From an uncultured Acidimicrobiaceae bacterium (GTDB lineage Bacteria; Actinomycetota; Acidimicrobiia; Acidimicrobiales; Bog-793), in assembly GCA_963725355.1 (NCBI GenBank), contig CAVRYE010000002.1:50898-114897 (forward strand): a stretch of DNA of 64,000 bases. Direction: 5' to 3'. Below are positions 47,961-57,363 of the stretch, piece after piece. Both the position numbers and the translations under genes were made by a program. The notes beneath the pieces were generated by a model. It worked only from the letters and a program-made list of their open reading frames with translations, made no database searches and was not told the origin of the DNA. The first letter of the stretch is position 1, and every line of letters begins with the position of its first letter.

Positions 47961-48677
47961 CTAGCGAGTGTCGACGACCTGGAAGGCCTCTGCCAGGCGC
48001 CCCCGTGCTAATCCCAGCGCAGCGGCGTTCGCGGCGCCCCACTCGCGCATCATCTCCTCGACGCGGCCGGGGTCGACGAGCTGGCTCACGTGACAGCGAA
48101 GTGCCGCCACCTTGCGATCGATGGTTTCGGTGATGTCAACGGCCTGAGTGGCCCGTGGCGAGGCCATGAGCCAGACCTCGTCGACTGCATGAGGCTCGAG
48201 GCCCTCGACAAGCAGCTCGGGGTACGCGTAGGGGTTGCGTGCGTCGGGATACACGGCCTGCAAGGTCGCCTCCCCGGCCGCGAGGTGGTCCGGGTGGCTC
48301 GCCCGTATCCTGTCCCAATTGCGCTCGGGCGACTGGCAAACGACGCGAGCGGGCCGCACTGTGCGGATGACGCGGGCGATCTCCTTGCGCAGTCCGAGTG
48401 TGACCTGGAGGGCACCGTCGCGATAGCCGAGGAAATGGACCTGGGTCACACCCACCTCGGCGGCCGCCTTGCGCTGCTCGTCCTGGCGCGTTCGTCGCAG
48501 CTCATCGGGGTCGACGCCGGGGTCCGCGCTCCCCGCGGAACCATCCGTGACGATGCAGTAGGCGACCTCGATGCCCCCGTTCGTCCAGGTCGCCACCGAG
48601 CCCGAGGCGCCGAAATCGACGTCGTCGGGGTGCGCGGATACGACGAGGATCTTGTCCGGACCTGCGGACTCGCTCAC
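47961..48677 (-). CDS. PIG-L (LmbE-like) family deacetylase
   Basis: 238-aa ORF: ILVVSAHPDDVDFGASGSVATW and a later HPDH motif. Confidence 0.8.
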   Translation of the reverse strand: MSESAGPDKILVVSAHPDDVDFGASGSVATWTNGGIEVAYCIVTDGSAGSADPGVDPDELRRTRQDEQRKAAAEVGVTQVHFLGYRDGALQVTLGLRKEIARVIRTVRPARVVCQSPERNWDRIRASHPDHLAAGEATLQAVYPDARNPYAYPELLVEGLEPHAVDEVWLMASPRATQAVDITETIDRKVAALRCHVSQLVDPGRVEEMMREWGAANAAALGLARGRLAEAFQVVDTR

Positions 48678-49090
48678 GCGACTCGCTTCAGGAGGACGAC
48701 GGGTATGCGCCGAGTCGTCTTCTCCTGATACTCCTGGAATCCAGGGAAGCGCTCGGCCTGGATGGCATAGAGGCGATCGCGCTCCTCGTTGTCGGCGACC
48801 TCCGCCTCAACCTCGAAGGTTTCTGTCCCGACCTCGACTGTCGCCCGCGGGTTGGCGACGAGGTTGTGGTACCAGTCCGGATTGGTTGGCGCACCCGCCT
48901 TGGAAGCGAACACGGCCAGCTGCTCGCCCTGGGGCAGGTACATGACCGGTGTCGTCCGCTTCTGTCCTGTCTTGGCTCCGGTGGTCGTGAGCAGCAAGAG
49001 CGGGGCCCCTGCGAATTGACCTCCCACCTGGCCGCCCGAAGAGCGGAATTCATCGATGATCTTCTTGTTCCAGTCGTCGTACTCGCTCAT
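48674..49090 (-). CDS. nitroreductase-family deazaflavin (F420)-dependent oxidoreductase (DUF385/Ddn-like)
   Basis: 138-aa ORF: NKKIIDEFRSSGG...LLLLTTTGAKTGQKRTTPVMY...ASKAGAPTNPDWYHNLVANP. Confidence 0.8.
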   Translation of the reverse strand: MSEYDDWNKKIIDEFRSSGGQVGGQFAGAPLLLLTTTGAKTGQKRTTPVMYLPQGEQLAVFASKAGAPTNPDWYHNLVANPRATVEVGTETFEVEAEVADNEERDRLYAIQAERFPGFQEYQEKTTRRIPVVLLKRVA

Positions 49091-49181
49091 CGTTCCTCTT
49101 TCCTAGGAGGGACTTAAGATCCCCGTTACGGTAGCGGCGGCGCCCACAGAGCCGGCTCCGCGCGTCTGGCGTGGAACCTGG

Positions 49182-49997
49182 TCAGTCGAGGGTCAGCCGG
49201 TCGATCAGGAGAGACTGGACCGAGCGACCGATCGGTCCATCCTCGTCCCAGAGCCGGCTTTCGGAGACTCCGATCCCGTGAGACTCGGCCACCGTGCGCG
49301 ACTCGAGCCCGACCCACTCCCCCACCGGCAGCCGGCTCAGGTGGATCGTCAAGTCCGGATTGATGAAAAGCCAATCCCCGAAGCTGAGCGGGGAGCTCAC
49401 ACCGTTGCCGAAGTCAGCGGCCGCGGCGGCACGCTCCAGCTGGGACGGCGGCTCACCGCTGACGACCGGCACACGAAGGCGTACCCAGACCGTGGCCGGG
49501 CCTGGTGACTCGAAAGCCCCCTCCACAAAGCGGAGCTCGGCCCCCTCGCTGTGAAATGCCCTCGGAGCCTGATCGAGGGTCCAGGTCAAGGCGAGTTCGG
49601 GAGCCGGGAGTCTGAGACCTTGAAATGCGGCCTCGTCCGGAAGCTCTACATGAGTAGTCCGGATCCTAAGGGCTCGAGCCGTTGCGACCTCGATACCGTC
49701 CTGGCGACTCACGACTTCTACGATCTGGACCCTGCTCCCGGGGCGGATGATCCTCGCCTCGAGGGTGATTGGGGCGGCGATGCTCACGGGTCGCATCAGC
49801 TCGACTGTGAGCCGAGCAATGCGAAGGCCTTCGTCGGGCTCGCAGCGCTCGGCCTGCCTGGCCATCAAGGCGGCGACGGGGCCTCCGTGCAGATGGTCCG
49901 GGGTCCAAGGCCCAAGTGCGTACTCGGTCGGCAGGTACCCCTGGTTCTCCGGGATGAACAAAGCCTGAGTGGCATCGGTCTTTTGGGCTCGCGTCAC
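49182..49997 (-). CDS. acyl-CoA thioesterase-like (double hotdog) protein
   Basis: 271-aa ORF: LHGGPVAALMARQAE... and a second half-domain ...WVRLRVPVV; the pattern is that of the thioesterase family. Confidence 0.6.
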   Translation of the reverse strand: MTRAQKTDATQALFIPENQGYLPTEYALGPWTPDHLHGGPVAALMARQAERCEPDEGLRIARLTVELMRPVSIAAPITLEARIIRPGSRVQIVEVVSRQDGIEVATARALRIRTTHVELPDEAAFQGLRLPAPELALTWTLDQAPRAFHSEGAELRFVEGAFESPGPATVWVRLRVPVVSGEPPSQLERAAAAADFGNGVSSPLSFGDWLFINPDLTIHLSRLPVGEWVGLESRTVAESHGIGVSESRLWDEDGPIGRSVQSLLIDRLTLD

Positions 49998-50239
49998 AGT
50001 GGTCCTCTGAATGTTGGGCAGTGAAGGCCGTCTGGCGGGCTCGGACGATAGTACAGCTCGCTTCTTCGGCTCTCGGAAGGGGTGTCGTTGAGCGACATCT
50101 GCCAGCTCCGGCAGGGAACATCACTTCGGCTGTTACAGTTGGGTGTCCGGCCGGTTTGGCCGGTTTCCGGCCCGTTGCCGGTGAGGCCTAGAGACGTAGT
50201 TCTGGTTGGCCTTGATTTTTTGAGCTGACTGGAGTTTCT

Positions 50240-51577
50240 TTGCCTGCCACTTTTGCCGACCTTGGTGTACCCGCGGACCTCATCGCGGTCCTGGAACGGA
50301 GCGGTATATCGACCCCGTTCCCGATCCAAGAGGCCACCATCCCGGACGCCCTCGCCCGCCGCGATGTCTCCGGGAGGGCACCCACTGGATCAGGCAAGAC
50401 ACTTGCTTTTGCCATCGCCACCGTAGAAGCGCTGGCCGGTAAGACCCGTTCGAAGCCTGGCCGTCCCCGCGGGCTCGTGCTCGTGCCCACCCGCGAGCTA
50501 GCGGCCCAGGTCTGTGGAGTGTTCAACCCCCTCGCCAAAGCCCGCAATCTCAGCGTCACCGCCGTCTACGGCGGTGCTGGTTACGGCCCCCAGCTTCGTG
50601 CCCTTCGCGCCGCGGTCGACATCCTCGTGGCCTGCCCGGGTCGTCTCGAGGACCTGATCGACAGGCGGGATGTGAACCTGCAAGACGTCAGCATCGTCGT
50701 CGTCGACGAGGCGGACCGGATGGCCGACATGGGGTTCCTCCCCGCCGTCAGGCGCATCCTCGACCAAGCGGCTAGTGACCGCCAAGTCTTGTTGTACTCG
50801 GCCACCCTCGACGGCGAAGTTGACGTCCTCGTGCGCAACTACCAGAACAACCCGGTGCGTCACGAGGTGGAGACGACGGCTGAATCCTCTGGCGACGTGC
50901 GTCACCTGTTCTGGAAGGTGGACCGCAACGATCGGGTCGCCCTTGCTGCGAAGGTGGCGGTTGGCCACGAGACCGCCATAGTTTTCTGCCGGACGCGTCA
51001 CGGCGCCGACCGGCTGTCACATCAGCTGGCCGCGGCCGGGGTACGAGCAGTAGCCCTGCACGGCAGCCGCACCCAGGCACAAAGAGACCGAGCGCTGCAG
51101 GCGTTCCATTCCGGCGCGGCCCGCGTGCTCGTCGCCACCGACGTCGCCGCCCGCGGCATCGACGTGGAGAACGTCGCCTGCGTGCTCCACTTCGACTTGC
51201 CCGCGGACCACAAGGACTACGTGCACCGCTCCGGCCGTACCGGCCGCGCGGGCGCGGATGGAACCGTCATCTCGCTTGTCACCTCTGACCAGGGCGGCGC
51301 GGCCCGCTCGATCCAGCGAGCCCTCGGGTTGCCTCAATCACTCGAGCATCCCGCCATCATGCCGGCGGTACCTGAGAGGGCCATGAAGGGCTCGTCCGCG
51401 CCGCAGGTGTGCCCGTGCGGGCCGGGGCATCGCTGCACTCCACTGCGGCCGAGCACCAGGGCGCCCGGCCGAGGCCGGCGCCCCGTGCGCTCCGCCCGGT
51501 TCGCGCCGGGCACTTGCAGCCCGCCAAGGTTGACTCGCGCAGCAGGCGATCGCTACGCCCGGCAACCGGAACCGTGA
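50240..51577 (+). CDS. DEAD-box ATP-dependent RNA helicase
   Basis: 445-aa ORF: Q-motif [26 protein letters not shown] and [10 protein letters not shown]. The last ~70 aa (Cys/Pro/Arg-rich) do not look like a genuine tail. Confidence 0.85.
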   Translation: MPATFADLGVPADLIAVLERSGISTPFPIQEATIPDALARRDVSGRAPTGSGKTLAFAIATVEALAGKTRSKPGRPRGLVLVPTRELAAQVCGVFNPLAKARNLSVTAVYGGAGYGPQLRALRAAVDILVACPGRLEDLIDRRDVNLQDVSIVVVDEADRMADMGFLPAVRRILDQAASDRQVLLYSATLDGEVDVLVRNYQNNPVRHEVETTAESSGDVRHLFWKVDRNDRVALAAKVAVGHETAIVFCRTRHGADRLSHQLAAAGVRAVALHGSRTQAQRDRALQAFHSGAARVLVATDVAARGIDVENVACVLHFDLPADHKDYVHRSGRTGRAGADGTVISLVTSDQGGAARSIQRALGLPQSLEHPAIMPAVPERAMKGSSAPQVCPCGPGHRCTPLRPSTRAPGRGRRPVRSARFAPGTCSPPRLTRAAGDRYARQPEP

Positions 51578-51759
51578 AATGGTTCGATCCAGTAAGGGGA
51601 TTCGGCTTCATCGCCCCGGACGCGGGTGGTCGCGACGTGTTCTTGCACCGCTCGGCTCTGAGCGAGACAGACCAAGTCCCCACCGAGGGAGCGCGTGTCG
51701 AGTTCCTCTCCCGGCCGGGACCAAAAGGGCTCGAGGCCGTCGAGCTCCGCGCCGGCTGA
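51409..51759 (+). CDS. cold-shock domain protein (CSD core from ~51568); start or fusion status unresolved
   Basis: [31 protein letters not shown]...GARVEFL...[10 protein letters not shown] is a canonical CspA-type CSD. The listed ORF starts at GTG 51409. A GTG at 51574 overlaps the helicase stop (GTGA). Confidence 0.65.
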   Translation: MPVRAGASLHSTAAEHQGARPRPAPRALRPVRAGHLQPAKVDSRSRRSLRPATGTVKWFDPVRGFGFIAPDAGGRDVFLHRSALSETDQVPTEGARVEFLSRPGPKGLEAVELRAG

Positions 51760-51796
51760 GGTGGGCTCAGCTCTTGCGCTCTGCCCGTAGGGCGTT

Positions 51797-53160
51797 TTAG
51801 GAGCTGCCCGGCTCGGGGGCCGGTTTGGTGCCGAGAACAAGCGAGGTCTCGCCGAGCTCGGAGCCCCGATAAAGCTCGACTGTCACCCGTTCGCCGGGGC
51901 GGGCCGCTCGTACAGCCAGTGTGAGTTCCAAAGCGCTCGTAATGGGTTGTCCGCCGAAGCGAACGATGACGTCTCCGACGCGGATGCCTGCCAAAGCGGC
52001 CGGGGAACCAGGAAAGACATTCACAACGACAGCGCCACCCGCCGGGGCACGCGCATTCGTCCGTGTGGCCGACAAGACCTCGACGCCCAAGAAAGCCTTC
52101 GGGGGCCCGAATGTGCCGCCCCGGCGCAAGCCGGGAAGCAGGGCGCGGATGTTGGCGATCGGGATGGCAAAGCCAATGTTCTGAGTACGGGCGTCGCCAG
52201 GCGTCGTCACCGCAGCGGCGGTGTTCATACCAATGACCTGACCGGCCGCGTTGACAAGCGGGCCACCGGAGTTGCCGGAATTGATCGCCGCTTGGGTTTG
52301 GAGCAGGCCGCTCAGCGATTCGGTCCCGGCGCAGTTCTGCCCCCCGCCTTTATAGAGCGCCCTTTGGCCGAGATGATGCCCTCGGTGACAGACGGCGTGC
52401 TCTGCGAAAGGGCGAGCGCGTTGCCGATGGCGAGCACGTCTTCTCCTACCTCGGTGTTGGCGGACTCACCGAGGCTCACCGCCCGCAGGTGGCCCGGCGA
52501 GTGCAGCTGCAACAGGGCGATGTCGAGTCCGGGGTCAGTGCCGACGAGAGTTGCCGCGTAGGGTCTCTTCTCGCCATAGAGAGTGACCCTTATCTCGGTC
52601 GCGTTCGCGATGACGTGGTTGTTGGTCAATATCTCGCCCCCAGCGGTCAAGATCATGCCCGTTCCCTCGTCGAGGTCGATTGTGCCGCCCTGGGTTGCAG
52701 AGGTGCAGTCGATTCCTTCGGCATCGATGGCAACGACCGACGGCAGGACCTTGGCGAGCACCGCTTTCACATCGTTCATGCGCGGGAAGACGCTCAGGTT
52801 GGGCGAGAAGCTGACCGTCGTGGTGTCGCGGCCGCGGATGATCGCGGCTGTTACGACGCCTCCCCCGACTCCTGCCCCAGCAGCGACGATGACCGCGACA
52901 AGCACGACAGCCAACCACCGCCGGCGTAGGTGCACAGGGTCGGGATCGGCTCGTCGCCCCCCCTCGTGGGCTTCAGCCGGCTGAAGGGCCTCGGGAGGTG
53001 AAACAGGGCTGGCCGGAGCCACCTCGGGGCCCGACCCAGAGAGGGAAAGGTCCCCTCCGGACTGGTCTTTGCCCTGGTCTGGTTCCACAGTTGAGGTTGT
53101 AGCGCGTCGTCGAGCCGCGCGCGGCGCGTGAGCGTCGCGGGGCCCGAATTTCGTCTCCAC
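51797..53160 (-). pseudogene. HtrA/DegP-type trypsin-like serine protease with PDZ domain, membrane anchored; frame broken at a C6/G6 run (52340-52345)
   Basis: ORF 52312-53160 carries the TM segment, His (TNNHVI) and Asp (DIALLQL). The catalytic Ser motif [13 protein letters not shown] and the PDZ domain lie in the frame of ORF 51797-52228, which is open back to the G-run. Confidence 0.85.
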
Positions 53161-53198
53161 TTCGCAAACTGGCTCGCAGAGGGTAGTTTGACCGGAGC

Positions 53199-55297
53199 AT
53201 GCCTAATCGTCTCGATATCGAATTGACCAGTGCCCACGGGGACGGCAGCTATACCTGGCGCGCAGCGGGGGCTCGGCAACCGAAGGGTGTAATCGACGGC
53301 AAGGTCCTTTCCGACAGTGCCAAGGTCGGAGATGTCCTGCGTGTCGAGGCCGAGGTTGAGATCGACGGGATTACGATCCTGTCGGTTCTGCCGCCTAAAG
53401 AGAAGGCGACGCCGTCGGGGCGGATCGAGCTGCTGGGCTCCACCAAGCCAATTGCGGCGGTCACCACAGTTCTGGTTTCAGAAGGGGGCCGTGGGGACAG
53501 GCGTGACCTTCTTGACAGTCCACGTCGTGGCGGCGGCGGTTCTCGCGAGCGGCGTCCCGGCCGAGGTGGCGAGCGCCCAGACGCCCGGCGTCCAAGACCA
53601 GCAGACGGGGCTGGCGAAACGACCGAGCGACGGCCTGAACGCAGACCGCGCGTGGAGGGGACACCGGGAGGTGGATCCTCAACGGCCTCAGGGCGTCCGG
53701 AGCGTCCGGCCTCTGACCGGCGGCCGGAGCGCCGACCGCGAGTCGAGGGAGGTCCCGCTGGCGAGACCGGCCCATCTTCTGGCGCCGGCGAACAGCGCCG
53801 TGCCCGGCCCCCCGCGGCCGCAGGCGCCCGTCCAAGGACGCCGACCGGCCAGTCAGACCGCGGCCCCGAGGGTGTCCGTCCGCCGGCGGGTGCCCGTTCT
53901 TCTGCGCCGAGTGCACCGAGGAGGTCTCCCCCGCGCTTCGAGCCTGGCACGGCGCATCGAGAGGTGTTGCTCGCCGGCTTGGCGCCCGAGCAGCGGCCGA
54001 TCGCAGAACGCCTCGCCGCCGGCGGCATACCAGCAGTGCGCCGGGCCATTGCCGAGGAGAGAGAGCGCGCCCGCGCAGAGGGCAGGCCGGAGGTATCCGG
54101 CGAGGCCATCCTCGCTCTAGCCGAACAGATTGCTCCGTCTGTGAAGCAGGCAATCTGGCTTGACCGCGCCGAGGCAGCAGTCGCCCAGCTCGAGCAGATC
54201 TCGCTTCGGGACTTGCGCACGACCGTTGCTGCTGCGGCGCCACGGGACGAGGCCGCGAGGGAGCTCGACCGCAAGCTCCGTGAAGAGCTCGACCGCCGTG
54301 TGAAAAAGCTCCGTGCTAGTTGGGAGGAGCAGATCTCCCACGCGCTCGAGGAAGGCCGTGTCCTCCAGGCGCTGCGTTTTTCTGCGCAACCCCCCGAGCC
54401 GACGGCCAGGTTCCCTGCAGGCCTCGTCGAACGTCTCGCAGCAAGTGCCGGTGCAGCTATGACGGCTAGCACCCCGATTGAACGGTGGCTCGCCCTCCTC
54501 GACGCCGCCGCCGCCTCGCCGATCCGGCGCCAGATCCATCCAGAGGGCTTGCCGGAGGACCCCTCTGGTGAGGTCGTGCGCAGAGCCCGCCTGGCGGCGG
54601 GCAGCATTCCGGCGCTGGCGCCGATGATCGGCCTGCCGATGCCTCCGCCGCCAAAGCCGATCCGCGGAGCTCGCCCCCCGCGCCCACCGCGCCCCCGCAC
54701 CAACCAGGGCGGGCTCCCAGCAGGTCCACGCAGCCGGGTGCCAGGAAAGTCGCCACCCCGGCTGCTGGCGCGGTCCCGGCGGAGAGCCCCCCAGCCGAGG
54801 ACGCCTCGGGACAAGAGAATGAGACACAGGCTGACTCTGCCGCGCCCGGCCCTAGTGCGCAGGTCCACCTCGAAGCCGATCAAGATGAGGCCCAATCCGA
54901 GCCAGCAGGAGATGACTCCCAGCCTGAGACCGTCGCGCAAGCTCCTCAGACCGAGCTGGCACCGCAGGACGAGGACCAGCCTGCGAGCCCAGAAGCTCCT
55001 CAGACAGAGCTGGCACCGCAGGACGAGTCCCAGCCTGAGCCGGGTGGCAACGAGCCAGGGCTTGTGACTTCGCAGAACCAGGCGTCGCCCATCGAGGGGG
55101 CGCCCCGAGAGGGACAGCCACAAACGGCCGAGGACGAATCAGGCCTTGCAAGTCCTGATCAAGCCGAGGAAGCGAACCCTGAGGCTTCCGCAGGCGGGAT
55201 GGACGTCCCAGGGGCTGTTACAGATACGCCCGAGCCCGACGGCACGCAAGTTGTCGAGGAGCCGAGCCAAGCTGGCGGTGACCCAGTCGGCTCTTGA
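53199..55297 (+). pseudogene. conserved hypothetical protein (N-terminal beta-rich domain, Arg/Pro-rich disordered linker, helical C-domain, acidic repeat tail); probable frame change between ~54572 and 54800
   Basis: ORF 53199-55067 turns into an implausible Arg-rich tail after ~54680. A second frame is open from 54572 to 55297 and encodes an acidic Pro/Glu/Gln-rich tail with an 18-aa tandem repeat. Confidence 0.5.
54941..55048 (+). repeat. 2 x 54-nt tandem repeat (APQTELAPQDE[D/S]QP... in the acidic-tail frame)
   Basis: GCTCCTCAGACCGAGCTGGCACCGCAGGACGAG... recurs 54 nt later with a few substitutions. Confidence 0.7.
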
Positions 55298-55334
55298 GCC
55301 GCAGTGCCGACAGAGATTCCTCGCCCCTGCACGC

Positions 55335-55856
55335 TCAGTCGAGACGGCGGTGCATGACGAGCAGGCGGGCCGTGAAACCTGACCCCTCGAGAAAGTTCTT
55401 TGCCTGCCTCATCCCGGGCAGCGCGACGGTGTCGAGGACGCTCGCGCCGTTGGCCTTGGCCCACTCGACCACAAAATCAAGCATCTTCTCGCCCATGCCG
55501 ACCTCGCGAGCAGCTTTGTCGACATAGAGGACGTCCAAGACGGCCAATAAAGAGGAGTCCCCCAGCTCCTCGAGATGGCCCAGTGCCATGGCGATGGGTA
55601 CGTCGTCGATGGTGCCGAGAGCCGCTAGCTGTCGCCCATCGCCGAGCATCGTTGCCATTCGTTCCTCTAGAGGCTCGAAGAAAGCCTCCTTGGCCAAGTG
55701 CACCTTGGCGCCGCGCTCGCCGGCTATCTCTTCGCGGTAGCGCCTGAAGAGTTCCACCAGGATCGACAATTCGCCTTCGGCACAGCAATGCGCGGATATC
55801 TCCATCTCAGCTGCCATGCCCACCTTGAACCCGAACTCAGGAGGTAGCGCCGTCAC
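55335..55856 (-). CDS. GNAT family N-acetyltransferase
   Basis: 173-aa ORF: LDVLYVDKAAREVGMGEKMLDFVVEWAKANG (acetyl-CoA binding motif A-like). Confidence 0.7.
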   Translation of the reverse strand: MTALPPEFGFKVGMAAEMEISAHCCAEGELSILVELFRRYREEIAGERGAKVHLAKEAFFEPLEERMATMLGDGRQLAALGTIDDVPIAMALGHLEELGDSSLLAVLDVLYVDKAAREVGMGEKMLDFVVEWAKANGASVLDTVALPGMRQAKNFLEGSGFTARLLVMHRRLD

Positions 55857-56427
55857 GCCCCGCGTTTAGCTGCGCGATCCGGTGTAGCACGGTACGGCGC
55901 CGTCGCGCCGCCGACTCGTGCTTGCGTACGGCCTCGAGCTCGGCCGGGGTGAGCGATGCCAACCGTTCTACGACCTGCGAGGCGGCAAGGGTGTCGTAGG
56001 CCGGTATGGGGAGCTCTTCGGCAGTTGTGGCTGGCGAGTGGTCAGCTGTCGCTCTGTTCGTCTTGGAGCTGGCGGAGCTCCGCATGGAGGCGGAGGTCTC
56101 GACCCTTTCGGCCAGAGGGCGCTGTGCGGGCCGCCGAGGCGACGTGCGGGCCCGAGTGTCCAAGACACCGTTCGGGGCGGGCAACGGGGCTTGGGGCCGG
56201 CTTACGGGCTCGCTGGGGCGGCCCGTCGCCCTCGGCCCAAGCCGCCGGCGAGCCTCGGCCACAGCCAAGCGGCCCATCAGCTCTGCGCCGCCGAGCTGTC
56301 TTTCGAAGCGCTCGCGTCCTCGCGCGGCGAGACGGGGCAGCTCCTCGGAGGCAACGACGGCCGCGCCGAGGGGGGCGTAGACGAGCAAGTCGAGCAGAGT
56401 CTCGGAAAGGGGGTGCTGTTCAGCCAC
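55837..56427 (-). CDS. conserved hypothetical protein
   Basis: 196-aa ORF with a helical N-terminus, a disordered middle and a C-terminal IPAYDTLAASQVVERLASLTPAELEAVRKHE...RRRRTVLHRI motif. Confidence 0.5.
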   Translation of the reverse strand: MAEQHPLSETLLDLLVYAPLGAAVVASEELPRLAARGRERFERQLGGAELMGRLAVAEARRRLGPRATGRPSEPVSRPQAPLPAPNGVLDTRARTSPRRPAQRPLAERVETSASMRSSASSKTNRATADHSPATTAEELPIPAYDTLAASQVVERLASLTPAELEAVRKHESAARRRRTVLHRIAQLNAGRDGATS

Positions 56428-56468
56428 GAGACGACGCTACCGCCAGGCGCGCCGGTCTTTGCCCTGGC

Positions 56469-56969
56469 TCACACGCAATCCCGGCAGAGAAGGCGCTTTT
56501 TGTCAGCTAACTGTGTCTCACTCTTTACGAGGAAGCACGAGCGGCAGACGAACTCGCCGGGTTGCTTGGGCAGGACACGCAAGGAGCCTTCGCCCCGCTC
56601 TTCGGAGTCGGGTGCCTCCTCTTCTTCGTCCTCCTCGTCGTCGACCACCACAAGGCGTTCTTTCAAGATGACGTCAAGGCTTGCCTCGACGTCATCGTCG
56701 TCGAGATCGTCATCGTCCTCGTCGTCGCTCTCGATAGGGACGAGATCTCCCTCTACAACAGCGACCGAGCCGACCACGACGTCGTCATCGTCGTCGTCCT
56801 CGAGGTCGTCAACCAGTGCGACGTCACCCAGGTCGTCGTCGTCGTCATCGAGCAGATCCGCGTCAGCGAGGTCTTCGAGGTCGGCCTCGTCCGCGTCGGG
56901 AACCTCAAGGTCGTCGTCGACCTCGATCGGCTCGTCCAGGTCCGCCGTGTCCTTGGTCTCCTTGCGCAT
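56469..56969 (-). CDS. DUF4193 family protein (hyper-acidic, C-terminal zinc-ribbon-like motif)
   Basis: 166-aa ORF with long D/E runs and a C-terminal PGEFVCRSCFLVKSETQLADKKRLLCRDC. Confidence 0.8.
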   Translation of the reverse strand: MRKETKDTADLDEPIEVDDDLEVPDADEADLEDLADADLLDDDDDDLGDVALVDDLEDDDDDDVVVGSVAVVEGDLVPIESDDEDDDDLDDDDVEASLDVILKERLVVVDDEEDEEEEAPDSEERGEGSLRVLPKQPGEFVCRSCFLVKSETQLADKKRLLCRDCV

Positions 56970-57363
56970 GAACGTCCTTCAGGTGATGGGTGCGTGTCTC
57001 GCGTCAGCCCCGAGCGCCTATGCCGGGAACGCGGCCGGATGGACTATACGGCACCATCGCGGGCTTCGGACGGCTTAGGGCGAGAATCACCCCGTAAGCC
57101 GGAAAACGGCTCAGTGCTCACGCGACGGCGGCAGGACCCAGGACGCCTTTGGGGCCACCCTTTGTCGCCTGCCCGGGCGATCCGCCGGCTTAGATGCCGG
57201 CGGGGGCGTTCTCTACTCGACTCCTGGGTCCCCACCACTCGCAACACCCCCGGACGCTCTTCGAGCAACTTCCAGCGGACCGGAAGCCGCTCTCGGCTTG
57301 AGGGGACTCTCTAGTTATGCCCACTGGAACCGGGCGCGTCAAGCGGAAAAGGGAAGTCCCCCG

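Noticed and set aside
51580-51592. GGTTCGATCC, a tRNA T-arm-like string.
   Set aside because: It lies inside the cold-shock domain coding sequence (KWFDP) and has no acceptor or anticodon arm context. I found no tRNA elsewhere.
53249-55123. Very long antisense ORFs. Examples: 53249-55123 (minus), 35991-37808 (minus), 15079-16761 (plus), 38193-39467 (plus), 24019-25209 (minus), 9775-10644 (minus), 55918-57078 (plus).
   Set aside because: They mirror well-supported genes on the opposite strand. Their composition is Arg/Gly/Pro-rich, which is typical of shadow frames in high-GC DNA. None shows a family motif.
57060-57200. Two copies of CGGCTTAG and a GGGAAGTCC string that might suggest RNase P or SRP RNA.
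   Set aside because: The order and orientation are wrong for RNase P (the 3' element precedes the 5' element), and the SRP domain IV consensus (GGAAGGAAGCAG) is absent.
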